64,000 nt of DNA from Lepidodermella squamata. Its lineage: Eukaryota; Animalia; Gastrotricha. The position numbers were made by a program, and so were the translations under genes. The stretch covers positions 3,224,001 through 3,288,000 of the forward strand of contig JBLDXI010000009.1 of NCBI GenBank assembly GCA_047495785.1. The letters run 5' to 3'. The notes below the pieces were generated by a model. The model did not search any database and was not told where the DNA came from. It worked only from the letters and a program-made list of their open reading frames with translations. Position 1 is the first letter of the stretch, and each line of letters begins with the position of its first letter. Positions 40,146 to 53,643 of the stretch are shown here, one piece after another.

Positions 40146-42351
40146 ATGAACGCCGACGATTTCTTGATCAACTTCGACTTTGTTATCATCGGCCTGGCCG
40201 GTGTCGCTAACGTCTGCGTTCTACTGGCCATAGTTCAATGCAAGTTTCAGCTGGTTGGCTATCGGCGATTTTTGATCAGCCTAACCCTCGGCGATCTCTA
40301 CATGTGCATTGTCAGTGCTCTGAGCCTGCTATGCCAACTACATATCAACTCGCAGGAGGACGAGCCATCTCGAGCTATGGATGCAGCTGATACGAACGAT
40401 TTCCTAACTAACTGCAGTGCTAATATTGTCAGAACGCTGAAACTGGCAGCTTTTTGCATAAACTTGCTCAATCTGTGCGGTATGAGTTTCGACCACGTTA
40501 TTGGCATCATTTACCCGCTCAAATATCGATATGTACGTTTTTCGATTTTCGACCCAATAACAGCTCTTATAAGTTTTTTCGTTCCAAAGCTGATGACCAC
40601 TGTATTGGCTCAAAGTATCGCTCCAGCTGTATGGATCGCCTCCTTGGCATTTGGTAATTTAATTCGTGGGATTGGCACTTATTTTCCTATAGGGTTAAAA
40701 GCTGCTCACACAATGCACCAATAAGATTCCAACTAAAATTTGAATTCCTTCGGAATTTTTTATATTTATTTTTTCAATAGCATCGTTCTGTAATTTTCCT
40801 GATAGTACACCAAATTTGGGTTATTCCACCTTAAGACAAAAAGACAAAAAGATATCACAAACTAGTTATTATTCTGCTTCAGTGATTCGTGAAATTAGTG
40901 CACATGTCATGTCGGCAAATAACCAGTTATTTTGAGGGGGACAATGCGACCTTTGATTCCGTGCCTTAATTATACTATTCCATGAGTCTAAATGCGACCA
41001 TTTTTGACAGATTAAAATTAACAGTGTGGGATGTTAACTTGGTCATGCGGATGATTCTTTGCACTAAGATTGCTTTTTAAATGTTTAGTATTTGTCGAAG
41101 TTCCTGTAAATGCAATCAAGCAAAGTCTCGGCGGTCGGAAGAAGGGCATCGAAATGAAGCAAGACTATTTGGAGGACTATGACGAGGCGTATCTGAAGAA
41201 AATTCTCGCGAAGTCTTATGAAGACCTTCCAGAGGAGCCTTCTTTCAATAATTCTTTCAGGTAAAACAAATATGAAAACTATAATCAACATGAAATCCTT
41301 ACTCTAGCCTTAGTTCCGACGTAACTTTGGAGAAGAGCGAGACAAAAGCGTCTCTGCATCGGATGTTGTCAATGCTGAGTGATGACGAGGAGTATTTCGA
41401 CGAGGATGTTTGTCCTTTGATAAGCTCAGTGAACAAAGTCTGGTTCGAAGTGTCTGTGATTGGGCTAGCTATAAGCTGTTTCATCTTTCTCGCGGTCTGC
41501 TATGCTTTCATCTTCCGAAAGGTTTTTCCTCATTTTAAAACCAAGAACTAATAATTTTGGAGATTTCTGTAAACTAGGTGTCTACAAGACTGGGAGGATC
41601 CACAAGTCGACAAAATCGAAAATTAATTGCTACTACTTTCATGTTCCTCGGTGCTTTCATTATCTGGTAATTCGTTTGCTAAAGGACAGATTAAGATTTT
41701 TATCCCAACATCTTCAGCTGGTTTCCTTTTTTGGCCTACGAGTTTGTCACGTTCTTGATATATCGCCATAACTCTGCTGATTCACCTAAGAACGAACAAG
41801 AGCAGGAGGAAAAATTTTCCGAGTAAGTTCCCGCCATTTTTCGTTTCAATGGTTACGTAACCTCGCCTTCCAGATTCATATTTGTTGGCACGATTCTCGG
41901 TTCCGTTTTGATGCTTCAACCCCTGATTGGTATGTTTTGGTGAATTTCCTTCGTTTTTCTGATTTTGGAAATTGCAGACCCTATTATTTATACGGCAAGA
42001 ATTCCTGCCGTTCAACAGTTGCTAAAGCATCAACTGAACCGGATTCTTCAGTTTTGCAAGCTACGGAAGCAAACTAATGACAAGTTGCATCGAAATGGAA
42101 CCATGCAATCAGTATCCAACTGCAATCGATCTTCTGTAATCATCAATAAGCCAAGGCCGGCTCTACCACCTTGTGAAACTCAGTCAACTGCGATATCCAC
42201 ATCGATCGATTCCGGAATCGCATCCCCAGCTAAAACTTTGATTCGTGATACTTACTATTATGCTTCGACAATAACGCGGAAGAGTGAAGATAGGACTATC
42301 ATCACCGAGATGGATGACGCTATAATTTGCTCTCAAGCACAAGCTTTATGA
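40146..42351 (+). CDS. Class A orphan GPCR, member 15
   Basis: MNADDFLINFD; 'NLCGMSFDHVIGIIYPLKY', 'NKVWFE', CWFPF, DPIIY. Enlarged intron of about 435 nt near 40653-41088. Paralog of member 13. Confidence 0.9.
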
Positions 42352-42404
42352 TAATTACATTTTATTTGATCTTAAATGACATACTGAAACTATTACAACA
42401 AAAA

Positions 42405-42862
42405 CTACTGGAACGCTGCTGCTTGTTTCAGGCTTGCCAACACTTTCTGCTTCAAAGCGTTCGCCGCTTCGTTGTCGTTGTAAGACATTGCAGCGAGTCT
42501 CGCCCAGAGATTGAATGGCTTGGGGCTTCGATTTTTGCAGAGATCAGAAGAAAACAGCTCTTTGCATCTATCTCCGCGCCGTTTCTTCTCGCCAGCAATC
42601 ATCCACTTGATGATATTCATGGCCTTCTCAGCTTCACCTTCGCGCAGCCGTGAAATAAGCTCATCTGAAAAAGCGAAAACTTCGGTCAAGCCGTCGTAAA
42701 AAGTAACAATATAATACCAATTCTGCGATCTCCGGCTGCCGAGAGCTGAGGAGCTGCTACGTCTTCCACATCGCCTTGAACAGCGATCGGCGCCGATTGG
42801 GTGATTTCGAACACGGCGAGCAGAAGGCCAAGCGTGAAGCAAATAGAAGAATAACGCACCAT
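42405..42862 (-). CDS. Small secreted protein family A, member A2 (134 aa; exons 42862-42718, 42664-42405)
   Basis: MVRYSSICFTLGLLLAVFEITQSA signal (different frame from the track ORF); 53-nt phase-1 intron; KKRR then CKELFSSDLCKNRSPKPFNLWAR. Confidence 0.88.
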
Positions 42863-43405
42863 TGTCGTTCAAGTATTTGATTGAACTTTTGAATTTGGAA
42901 GAATAATAAAAATGCCGCAAATGTAAGTCGACTCAACTCGTGCAAATTAGATCAAATGAGGTGCGGTTGGTTTTACGCTTAAATAAGCACGTTACGCACG
43001 CACTCACGTTACAATATTTCGTTATGTAATTTCTTACCGTCTAATAATGCCAGGAAAATCAAGTGGGGGCATTGAATTACGCCTCCTGGATTGAATAATG
43101 ACCCACATGCGAGTGTGTCGCTGCGTTTTTGAATTATTACGGCGAACGGACATTCACACCTTCGCCAATTCATTTTAGGCAATCTATTTGGCTCTAAATT
43201 ATATTGTGATTCTCCGGAAGTGGGACTTTTCATGACTCAAATTCTGGATGCTTCCGGATATGTTAATAAATTGTCGAGGTTCGCAGAATCGAACCATAAT
43301 ATCGGACATTAAGCTTCCGAGGCCCTGGAAAACGAGTCACAATTGCGCAATCAAAACTTTTACTTAATCATGTTCTCTATTCTCCATTGTATTCGAACAA
43401 GTTTG

Positions 43406-43728
43406 CTATGAAAAATGTTCTCTCAGTAGTGGGATTATTTGATTAGCGGAGCACCAACGTCGCAACAATTTCACTCGCTTTCTAAAAGATTCTGCAGCCA
43501 TGCATCGAAGGAGTTGATAGTTATCTAGCTATAAGTCAAAAGAGGTACGATTTTGCGTTGAAAAGTCCAATATCTTACTCTAATGCATGTCGAACACAGC
43601 TTTGCGGTAAGCTTCTGAAACTCAACTGCTGCTTTTTCGATTATGTGATTCTTGAGCTTCCGAGTTGAAGATGGATTTGGGCTGAGAAGTACCATCACCA
43701 TGAAACAAGTTGGAATTTTCCTATGCAT
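43406..43728 (-). CDS. Small secreted protein family B, member B1 (90 aa; intron 43578-43529)
   Basis: MHRKIPTCFMVMVLLS... (weaker signal); KAAVEFQKLTAKLCSTCIR|LDNYQLLRCMAAESFRKRVKLLRRWCSANQIIPLLREHFS*. Confidence 0.82.
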
Positions 43729-44318
43729 CCTTAAACCGCAATGATTTTTCCTGATTACGATTTATCCTTTTTGAAAGAGTCGGGCAACAGGAATGTTTGA
43801 TGTAATTACAACTTAATTACGTCTAGTATGAGGCCGAATTTAATTTTCTCGTTTCAAGTTTTCTATTTCAATTTTACTCAAATAACTATGTCTCTTTAAG
43901 TTGCGGGCGTATCCGCTTTTTCATCGGATTATGGCGTTAATGACATAAAGCTGTCTGCTCAACATTAAATTTTGAGCAAAATTGCCATTGATCTTACTTT
44001 TATTAACGGGTACGTTTTTTCGCATTAATTAGACTCTCATTCATCGAAAGAATAAGGTATAGGATACTGTCTCCCTGTTTGTCCTAAGTTTTATTTTTGC
44101 CGTAAATGCCTGAAGGAATTATAATGAAAACAACATGCATTGATGCTGCTTTATTGCGAAACGAAACCATAGAAAAAGTACCTAAGACAAATACGTAAGT
44201 TTATCAAATTAACTGATTGGTTTTAACAAGTCATGAAGCTGATTGATTCGACTGTGACAATTTCTCCACGAACGAGTTCGTAAAAGTTGGGAACTCCAAA
44301 TTCTGACAGATTACTAAT

Positions 44319-46350
44319 TCAAGCAGGTAAGACATCATCCGAATCAATCGATCTACCCAGCCATCCGTAACTTAGCAGAGTAACTAAGAAAGAAATTGAT
44401 AACATGAAGAATAGAATAAGAATTAGCAGTCTGCTCCTTGACGAGGTATCGATATTCAAATGGCTTGAAATAAAATCAGCAATCAGTCTATCTATCTTGG
44501 ATTTGCGCCAGTTTGTTTCAATGCATCGCCTTACTTTGATAAGGCATGAATGCGGTTTTGTCGGGGATGGTTCAACTATTAAGGATGGCAATACAAGCTT
44601 GATTGCTCGAGCCCAGTAAAGGTAGCTTGTTAGTTGCGGTGTTGGTAGCGGGCCTCCCGAAGCGAAAAATTGAAGAAGCTTGGAATGTACGATACAATGA
44701 ATGGTGTTAGCAGACACAATTTCTCCGTCGACATTCCAATCAACTGAGTTGATAAGGCCGAGCTCAATGTCGTGCTGGTCAGAATTCTTCACGGTACAGC
44801 GATACTCGCAACATGAGGTAATAGAAGAAACTTGGACCCATTGGCTTTTCCGATAATAGACCGCATCAATCCAGCCTCGAGCACACGCCAAGAGGGCTAG
44901 AATTAGGCCTAAACGGCCACGGTTGTGGGATATCATGAAAATATGAGACGTAGCATCGTTAAGGTGGCAAAATGGGGCCATTCCGTGTTCGATAGCACCT
45001 GGAATCCTGGTGGGCGATGCATAGGCATTGAAAGCAGCAACTGGCCCAGGCTCGACAACTGCTGATCGCCAATCGCCGTATGAAACCAAAGATGAGTTTT
45101 TGGGCTGTGACTCGTGCGACTTCAACCATTCGACGCATAATGCGCATCTGAAAAATTCCAAAAATGTTGGTAATAAGTTAGCGGGGAGATATTCACCCGA
45201 ATGTGCAATGACGATTTGAGTTGACATTTGCTGCATCCCGCGACCGGTATTCCACCCTAAAGTTGTATGGTTTGAATGATAGGAGGGCAAAGAATCCTGC
45301 CAAAACACTCTTGATTTGTCCCAGGTGAGCGAAACGATTTATTCTGACGAGTGTTTCTGTAAGGAATCCAGTGGCTACAACACTTAGAGCAATCCTAGAT
45401 GGAAATGCGTTAAAGTTAGGATATAGGTGGCCTAGTAAAATACCTTGAAAAGTATCCATCTGCGAATACTGCCTGAACATCCATTGATGTAACAGCACCA
45501 CAAGCTATACAAATGGCTGCGATATGAGGGTCTCGTGATCCGTACAAAGTGCAAGCCACGGCGTCAGTGGATCCTGCAGGGATGATACCGATGGGAATCG
45601 CAAAGGCATTCAGTTCAGAATCTGGCCTAATATCTGGGTAACCGCTGCCGTCTGCTAAGGCCCTTTGCGCGAATAGAGTGCAGCCAGTTGCGAGCTCTGC
45701 TAGGGTTCCATCACCTGGTAAAACCCAATCGTACATCAGATATAAGAGGCAATCTATGCTACGATACCGCCTACAACTACAAAAGCATCGTATTTTCCAA
45801 TTTCAGATGCATCCATCGAAAGGATGTAGTCAGAAGTTCTTCCCGTTAGGGCGAATAAACTGTTGGTTTTAAGAGCATCTTGAAGCAGCTCAGCTTTGAT
45901 GGGCAGCCCGGCGGGGGAAGATATAGCTGCGTATGAAGAGCGCAAAAGTGACTAAAGTGGTTTTGCGCTAAGTTCTTACCAATAACGTCGTATTGAATTT
46001 GAGCCATCGAGAAGTACGGCATGGCTGATTCGATGAATACGTCGATTGCCCGCCCGCCGCCACTGAGGACGTTGATGAAAACCAGCATTCGCTTTGGCAC
46101 ACATTTTTGCGCTGAAAAACAATTTGCCGGGGTCATGTGGTTATTTTAGGCCATTCTCGTTACCTTTCAGTTTTTCCAGGTGGCCAAACACAAAATCGTA
46201 CTCGTTCCTGTGATAATTACCCATTTCAACACCTGATGGTTTAACTTGGGTAGCTGCTTACCAGGGGTCGACAGCCAACAACCAGCAAGCTGCTTGATAT
46301 TTAAAATCTCGCTTCAAATAAGGCTTGTTTATGGCGTGCGTGATTCGCAC
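44319..46350 (-). CDS. Ceramide kinase-like (DAGK-catalytic family) protein with C-terminal hydrophobic segment; 5' end unresolved
   Basis: PKRMLVFINVLSGGG, spliced VVVGGDGT, IGIIPAGSTD, GMAPFCHLND, WNVDGE, HSKLLQFFA match CERK motifs in order. Confidence 0.8.
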
Positions 46351-47482
46351 CACCTCATAATTTTGTTAGTCCGTTATTGCGAAGACGCTCATTTTTTAAC
46401 TGTCTGATGTTAACCAGGCCTGTCACATAGGATTGAATATACTAATTCATTATTTTTCTCACTAATGATGATTTTTTAATCTTCATCTCTGCATCTCCTC
46501 GTTTATTGCGAATGAACCGAAATCGAGGAAATATATTTATTTTTATATATTTCAGGAAAATCATGCACAGTTAGTCGTTGGTTGTCCGAGTGTCGGCGTT
46601 CAATTGATATACTCGGGATGTTTGCTATCTGTGGAGTGCCTTTAATATTGAAATAAATTGGAGAATGACGTCATACGCTTATTCGGGTTATAATTTGCAT
46701 GGTAAATGCTGAAAAACTAAAAAAAAATCGGACCTAGGATATGCTTCAGCTGTCAAATTAACGCAAATGAGGGTAGAAACGCCTACTTACCTCCAAGTAA
46801 AACAGACAAGGATACAATGCCGTTGTACACAGACCTATCCTGAATTACTTCGCTCTTCAATGCACGCTCAAGACAATTCATTTATGATGGCATGGTATGA
46901 TGGCATGGAAAATTTAGAAGATGATGCTAGTTATAAGTTCTCATCGCCTGAAAATGAGGTAGAATAGACGAAGAATGATGGAATTGCGAAGGAATATGGT
47001 GTTAACACTGGATTGGATCATCCAAAGTTCTGCGATTATTGAAATTATAGCTGACGAAACCTGAAGTTTATCATCATCCCACCCCTGCCCCACAATCTAG
47101 AAATCACGTCCACATTGTGACTCTACCGTGACCTATACTCAATATTTTGCGAATATATGCCATGACGCGGCTCAATTTTGAGCTAGATATGTCTGCGGAG
47201 TTACAACCTCTTTTATTAAGCAAAGGATATATACTGAGAGCCGAAAAACCCCAAAGGGCAAAAAGAAGTAGTCATTCAAGCGTGACTCATGAATGAGATG
47301 ACCCACTTTCCCACGGAAAACGGTTTCCAAAAGAGAGAGAATATCTAAAGGAAACATTTCGTCGTTTTACTTTACACCTCCAAAAAGACACGTCATTCAA
47401 ACACTGTTTGAACCGTTCCGTTCATATTTCGCAAGTATTATGTATCTTCAGCGGTTTCTCTATCTCAAGTCCATTTCAAAAC

Positions 47483-47794
47483 TCAGGGTGCCAATAGATG
47501 AGCGAGTGGGCACCATCGGCGTAGTAGCTTTACGCGATTGAGGACTGTCCTCGACGAAAGGCATTGAAATAGTCGATGATTGTCGTTCTGAAATGTTAAC
47601 GAAGGATAGATTAAGGAGGACCAAATACGAAAAAGCAAGTATCTCACCTTTAGGCATGAAACGCAAAGTCTTGCGGTAAACTTTTTGAACTCCACAGCCA
47701 TCGTCTTCACTTCTTCGTACCTTTTTGGCAACTCAGCGCAATTTAGTGACGAAAACGTAAGGAAGAAGAAGCACCAGATTACAGCGCAGCGCAT
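47483..47794 (-). CDS. Small secreted protein family B, member B2 (83 aa; in-frame 60-nt intron 47647-47588)
   Basis: MRCAVIWCFFFLTFSSLNCA signal; KTMAVEFKKFTARLCVSCLK|NDNHRLFQCLSSRTVLNRVKLLRRWCPLAHLLAP*. Confidence 0.87.
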   Translation of the reverse strand: MRCAVIWCFFFLTFSSLNCAELPKRYEEVKTMAVEFKKFTARLCVSCLKVRYLLFRIWSSLIYPSLTFQNDNHRLFQCLSSRTVLNRVKLLRRWCPLAHLLAP

Positions 47795-48525
47795 TTTAAC
47801 GAATGAATTTCCGAGGTAAGGAAGTTAAAATTGATAAATCAGGAAAAAGACAGCTGCTTATAAGGCGAATTCATCTCTCGGGCTGTCTTGAACAGACGTC
47901 AAAGTCTGTTCTTTGTAATTTTATCACGAGATAAGTGTTCTTCCGAAAAACAATACGTTAAATTTAGTCACTTCAATCATCGCGTGTTAGCATCAATTTG
48001 TAAACCGACATACGCTAGTAATTTCGTAGTCGGAAAGATCATTATAACTGTCAGTATTTCTTTCACGGTTCCTTGCCATTTCACTGACATCTTTATCAAT
48101 TCGCGCTTAGAACGAGAGCACTTGCCCAAGTGCGTCGCGCCCCATAGCTAATATGGCGACAATTTACATAGCAAACAAACAGGCCGATGGACACGTTACT
48201 GGATGAGACGAGCGTAGGAATGCTAAATGTCGTACTATCGATACGCGAATAATGACCTGAAAATTACGTGATGCTACACTGAAAAAGCAGTAGATTACAG
48301 ATCGAGCGTGAAACTGCTGGCCAATCATCCTGTTATGCACCCGCAGTGACTGGCGGGCGTTATTGCTGAGTTAAACCCGAAAAAACCAGCTCGAATGCTC
48401 TCAGCGATTCAATTTGCATTAATTTTCGATATGCGGGGAAGTATATAACCAGTTCCGGTAATATCGGTGCAAATTAGGACATTTTTTTCTTTGTAACGGA
48501 TTAAACGATTCCTTGGGACATAGAA

Positions 48526-50789
48526 ATGGCTTTAGGCAACGCTGAGGATTACGATCCCGTCAAGAACCTTGTTGAAGGCAGTTTTTCTGAATCAACTTTG
48601 GTGAAACGCAAAACTGATGACTCTCAATTCGTCGTTCGGAAGGTTAACTTGACTCGAGTTCTTGAGAACAAGTACCGTCAACTCGCAGGCGATGAAGCTT
48701 CGGTTTTGTCCGGGGTTCACCACCCCAACATCATCCGGGTGCACAACCATTTCTGCGGTAATTTTACAATTCAATTATTTCTCCGTGAATAAAGCTTTTT
48801 CAAAGATCGCAACAATATGGGCAATTTGCTGTATCACCTTGTTGTGGAATACCTTGAAAACTGGACACTGGCCCATGAGATCGAGAAGATGCGTAAAAGT
48901 GGTGGATTTTTCTCTGAAAATCACATCTTATGGTGGTCGAGCCAGCTGACGTCTGCCGTCAAGTACCTACACAGCAAAAATATCCTGCATCGCAATATTC
49001 GCCCAAACGTTCGTCCTTCAATTTTCCTAGCTTGTTAAACAATATGGTGTATTTTTAGAACATTTATCTCATCAACGGAAATCGCGACATTAAACTCGGC
49101 GAATTCGGATTTGTCAAGCATGAAGAAATCAAGTAGGTTGATGCTAAAAATAGCACCATGTTTTCCAGTTAATTACTTCCAATTTAGCATTGTCCCACAG
49201 CAATTAGACACGGTTTGCACGATGGATTACATCTCACCTGAATTCAAAGCGGGCGATCATGAGTACTGCAAGAAATGTGACCTGTGGGCTATGGGAGTTT
49301 GCCTGTACGAACTTGTCAGTCAAAAGCTGCCTCAGGACCACAACTCATCAAAACTTGGCTTCCCGCCGAAAACATCAAACGTATACTCGAAAGAGCTGCT
49401 AAACTTCATCCGATGGACGTTGTCAAGTGACGAGAACGATCGTCCAGCTGCTGAGGAAGTTATCAACCATTCGCTTATGGGTGAAAGTCGCGTTGAACAA
49501 ATTAGGACTATGTTTGGGATGGCGCCGCCGGATGAGACTAAAGTCTTACTGGCTGAAATTGAAGATCTGGAACCATGGCAATTCCATGGTAAGTCCAATA
49601 CTGTCAAAGCAAGCCAGCCGTGGATCAGCGCAATTCTGGATGTGAAAAGCCGAGATTACATGCTCGTCACATCCTACAGCGGACATGTTAGTGCGATCAC
49701 ACGAGGAGGTGAGACAGTTCTTTGGAAAGCGAAAGTTGTTGCGGAGGGAGCTCGTGGCGGCATTTGGCATGCCGCTGTGGACGAAAAACGCGGACGACTA
49801 CTTGTCAGTTATAATAACACTGAAGACCCTGTTAATGTCTACCCTGTGGACATTTACTCAGTTCCGCTCGAGCGAATCGAGCCGAAGAAAAAGGTCGAAG
49901 GCGAAGAAGAGGATAATGAACCGAATTCTGACGATCCGAATTACCTGCGCATCGCGTATGCCTCCTTGTTGTTCCATCACAACGAATGGCATTGCTACGG
50001 CCTTCGTATCGACCCAGTTGCTGATTTGATCTACATTTGCGACTGGTTCGAAAGTCGTATTGGAATTTGGAGTCTCGAAAAGTTCAAGTCGAACACTAAT
50101 CCGATCCATAGCATCACGAAGCCGGAACAGTTCAAGCATTTCAACCCAACGAGACTTGCCCTGCTACCACCGCCGCCTAAACGTAAATCTAGCCAGCCTG
50201 AAGATGAAACTGTAGTCAGCGCTGATGAGCCTCGCGAGCAGCTTATTGCTGTTTCGGACTGGCTGAGAAGCCGCATTTACCTTTTCAAGACAATTGCTAT
50301 TCGGAACACGATTAATCACGAATTCGAGGCTATCATAACTTCCAAGGGAGAAGAAGTTGGACTAGTGGCGTCACCCACTGACTTGCAGTGCGATCAGAGC
50401 AACAGGACTCTAGTTGTCTGCGACCAAAACAACTGCAGGGCACAGGTTTGTCTGACAAAACGATTTCGCCCATTTTCTTATGAATATATTTTCAGATTTT
50501 CATTCCCGATCCTGACTGGCCAGCCTTCAAGGCAATCGCAACTGGCAATCTCGGCGGACATTTCTCAGCAGTCGCGATCACCAATGTTGACCAGCCCAAG
50601 GATGAAGGCCACCCTCCTGGTAAGGAACCGGAAGATGGCAAACAATGGGAGCCTTCAAGTTTAGCCGCTAGCCGCAGAGGAAGCCAGCACTCCCTTGCGT
50701 CCGTGGCATCGAGCACCCAAAACGTTCGTGTTCTGATGGCTGGTTTGAACAGCGGCGAAGTTGTCAGCTACAAATTCAAATGTGCCTAA
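48526..50789 (+). CDS. NEK-like pseudokinase fused to a C-terminal NHL/beta-propeller-like region
   Basis: Kinase subdomains HPNII, HRN.RP.N, KLGEFG, YISPE, DLWAMG, RP.A.E. C-terminal repeats 'IYICDWFESRIGIW', 'IAVSDWLRSRIYLF', 'PTDLQCD..LVVCDQNNCRAQIF'. Confidence 0.85.
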
Positions 50790-51457
50790 TTGACAGCACT
50801 CCGCAAACAATAAAATGACCAAATTTTTCTACTGCCGCATGTCTGTACTTCACATGCCTTTAAAGTTTATTTCTCTGCTTCCTATCGCTTGCTTTCAAAT
50901 TTGTAGTTCCTGCGCTGGCTTGAATCTGATAACTTTATAGAATGCATTTGGTCAATAAAACACTACATATTTTAGCTAAAATATTCCACCCCTTCGAAAA
51001 TTTCAGCGAAAATTCGATAGCGAGAAAGGGTTCTGGATCGACTACTTGAAATACCATAATCACTTCCTTTTAAGCGACTATTTCTCTAATGGTCCTTTTC
51101 ATGCGCGTGTATGCCCTTGGGGGAATGAAGCAAGAGGCTGAGCATATAATCGATTGGAATATTATGCAGGCTATATCAAAGTGGCAACGAGGAAAGCCTC
51201 CGAGGGGAAATATATTTTTTACACTCCGCTAAATGATCTCAAATGGGAACTTTGCCCGTGAAATCAACCTAGTTTTTTTCGTCTAAATTAGTTCGAGCAT
51301 CTTTGATCGATCCTATATTGAAACTCAAATATCCCGGTTTCGGAAATGCGGATAATTTGGACATTTTTGAGTCAAATAGAGCTCAATTGCCCTATTCGCC
51401 AAATAAGGAGAGGTTTATCACAACTGTGGTACAGTTTCTTTCATTTTCAAACTATAG

Positions 51458-53109
51458 ATGATGCCTCATCACAAAGGCTATTTGATTTACTACGATTTAG
51501 CTGTTGTAATCTTTGCGGTCTTGCTCAATTGTCTGGTGCTATTCGCGGTCAGCAGCGTGAAAGCTCGAATGAAAGCTATCTTTTATCGACATTTCTTACA
51601 ATCTTTGGCGGCATGTGACCTGCTCTCCTCGGCTTTGAGCCTCTGCTCCATTGCCTATCAACTGACTCCGCCACCGAGAGCAAACTTCGGCTTTGGTTTC
51701 GATTTCGCTCAGTGCGTTGTAAATGTGTTGAGAACCCTGCAACTAAGCAGTTTTTTCATTAATCTACTCAATCTCAGCCTAATGACTGCTGACCACTATG
51801 CGAGCGTAGTAAGTTTAGTTTCAACCCTCCTGGAAAAATGTGTAATTATCTCTTCTTAGTTCAAACCCGTAACCTACAGAAATGTAAGTGTTTGGTATAA
51901 TCTATTCGCATATGATATAAACGAGATCTATTGCAGAACATGAATAGTAGTCGTGCTTGTCTTTCATTTATTCTCATTTGGGTGCTTTCATTTGTCTTTG
52001 GTGAGCTTAAATTTAATGAATATATACCTAATACTGATTATTGGGAACAGCTTCCATGGATATCATAATGAATCTGGCCGAGATTCGTGGTAACAACAAT
52101 ACAATGAAGGTGGAGACAGAGGATGTGTTCAACAGTTCTGAATTCAATTTGCTATTCTCTGACGATAACGACTCTTTCATACAAACGGAGCAAATCATCG
52201 ATTTAGGGAACACAAGCCTTAGGTTAGGTCATGTCATACTTGATCTTAACGGAATTTAAACATCTGAATTTCATTTTAGGCTTTTCGAAGTGAGAAATCA
52301 GAACGAAAGCGTTGAGATCCTGGATCGTTTCATATCTCAAATCCAAGAAACTGAAAATCGGATGGAATCTCCCTGCAATTTCATTACCATTAGGCGGATG
52401 TGGTTTGAGATCTTTGTTCTGGCTCTAGCAGCAACGTGCTTTCTTCTCTTAATGGTGTGCTATGGAGCCATTTTCAGAAGGGCAAGCGCCTATGGGCTAA
52501 ATGACTTTTGTATGAAACTAATTATTTCGATCAAGGTTTCTACAAAATTGAACTCTTCCGGAAAGCGGCATACGCAGCTGATGACGACCACGTTGATCCT
52601 AATTACCTTTTTCGCTTTTTGGTAAGATGCCCTTCTTACTTTAATCGAACGCAATTGAAAATGCTATCTTCAATAGCTGGATGCCGATAGTAATCTTCGA
52701 ATTCACAATGTTCATCATATCGCAAAACGCAACGACTAATCTTGAGGATTTCCCAGGGCAAAAGAGCTTCCTAGCTATACAAGCATCCTTATCATCCTTA
52801 ATGCTAACCTACAAACTGTTGGACCCGCTTGTTTACGCTATTAGAGTACCAGAAATCAGACGGTAGGTGTAATTTTGAAAGGAAGGGTGGTTAATGTGTA
52901 TTATTTTTCTTGCTAACAGATGCGTCAATTCATATATCGTCAAATGGTTCCCGTTCTGCTCTCCCTATCTAAAAACATTCCCACCTGGGTCAACCAATGT
53001 CGCTAAAATTGTGAAAGGCCCTGCGAAAATTGCAAGCAGTGTCTTGCAGCCTGTGGACATTGGAGCCAAAGATTTCAAACACATCGACGAAGAGGATGCT
53101 ACAGAATGA
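51458..53109 (+). CDS. Class A orphan GPCR, member 16
   Basis: 'NLSLMTADHYASV', micro-exon FKPVTYRN, 'RRMWFE', CWMPI, LDPLVY. Closest to members 3 and 4. Confidence 0.9.
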
Positions 53110-53643
53110 CGATAAAAGTAGGTACTAATATCAGTATTCCTCATGCATTTTTCAATTTATCGGAAGAAATTTCTTGAATCACGAGAATAACGCTGGAAAA
53201 TTATTTCCGGACAAATGGTGTATAAGTCACGTCAAGGGATAACGCTTCCTGTCGCCAAATTCGCCGGGGCTTGAGTCATTGTTGCGTAGGATTGTAATAG
53301 ATGTTTTACTATTTGTCTGATTTATTTGAAAGCAAATTCTGGTTTTGCTGCTATGAAATTTGTTAATTGCCAGGACAAAAAGTCTACTTAGAACACTTGA
53401 CTAAGCAGCGAGTGAAATCAAGTGGCAAAATCGATTTGCCCCGCGTTCTGCTGCTACACAAGGCCAAGCCGGCGTCTTAAACTATTCATGTTGCCGCCCC
53501 ACTTGTTTTTCGGCCTCAGACCCATCGATAAATACTAGAATTACAGAGGACACTGACTGCCCACTTACAATTAATTTGGACGCTTCTTCGGTGAACTATT
53601 TCATTCTTCTTAATTTTTATTTCCAGAATATTTTATATCTACA

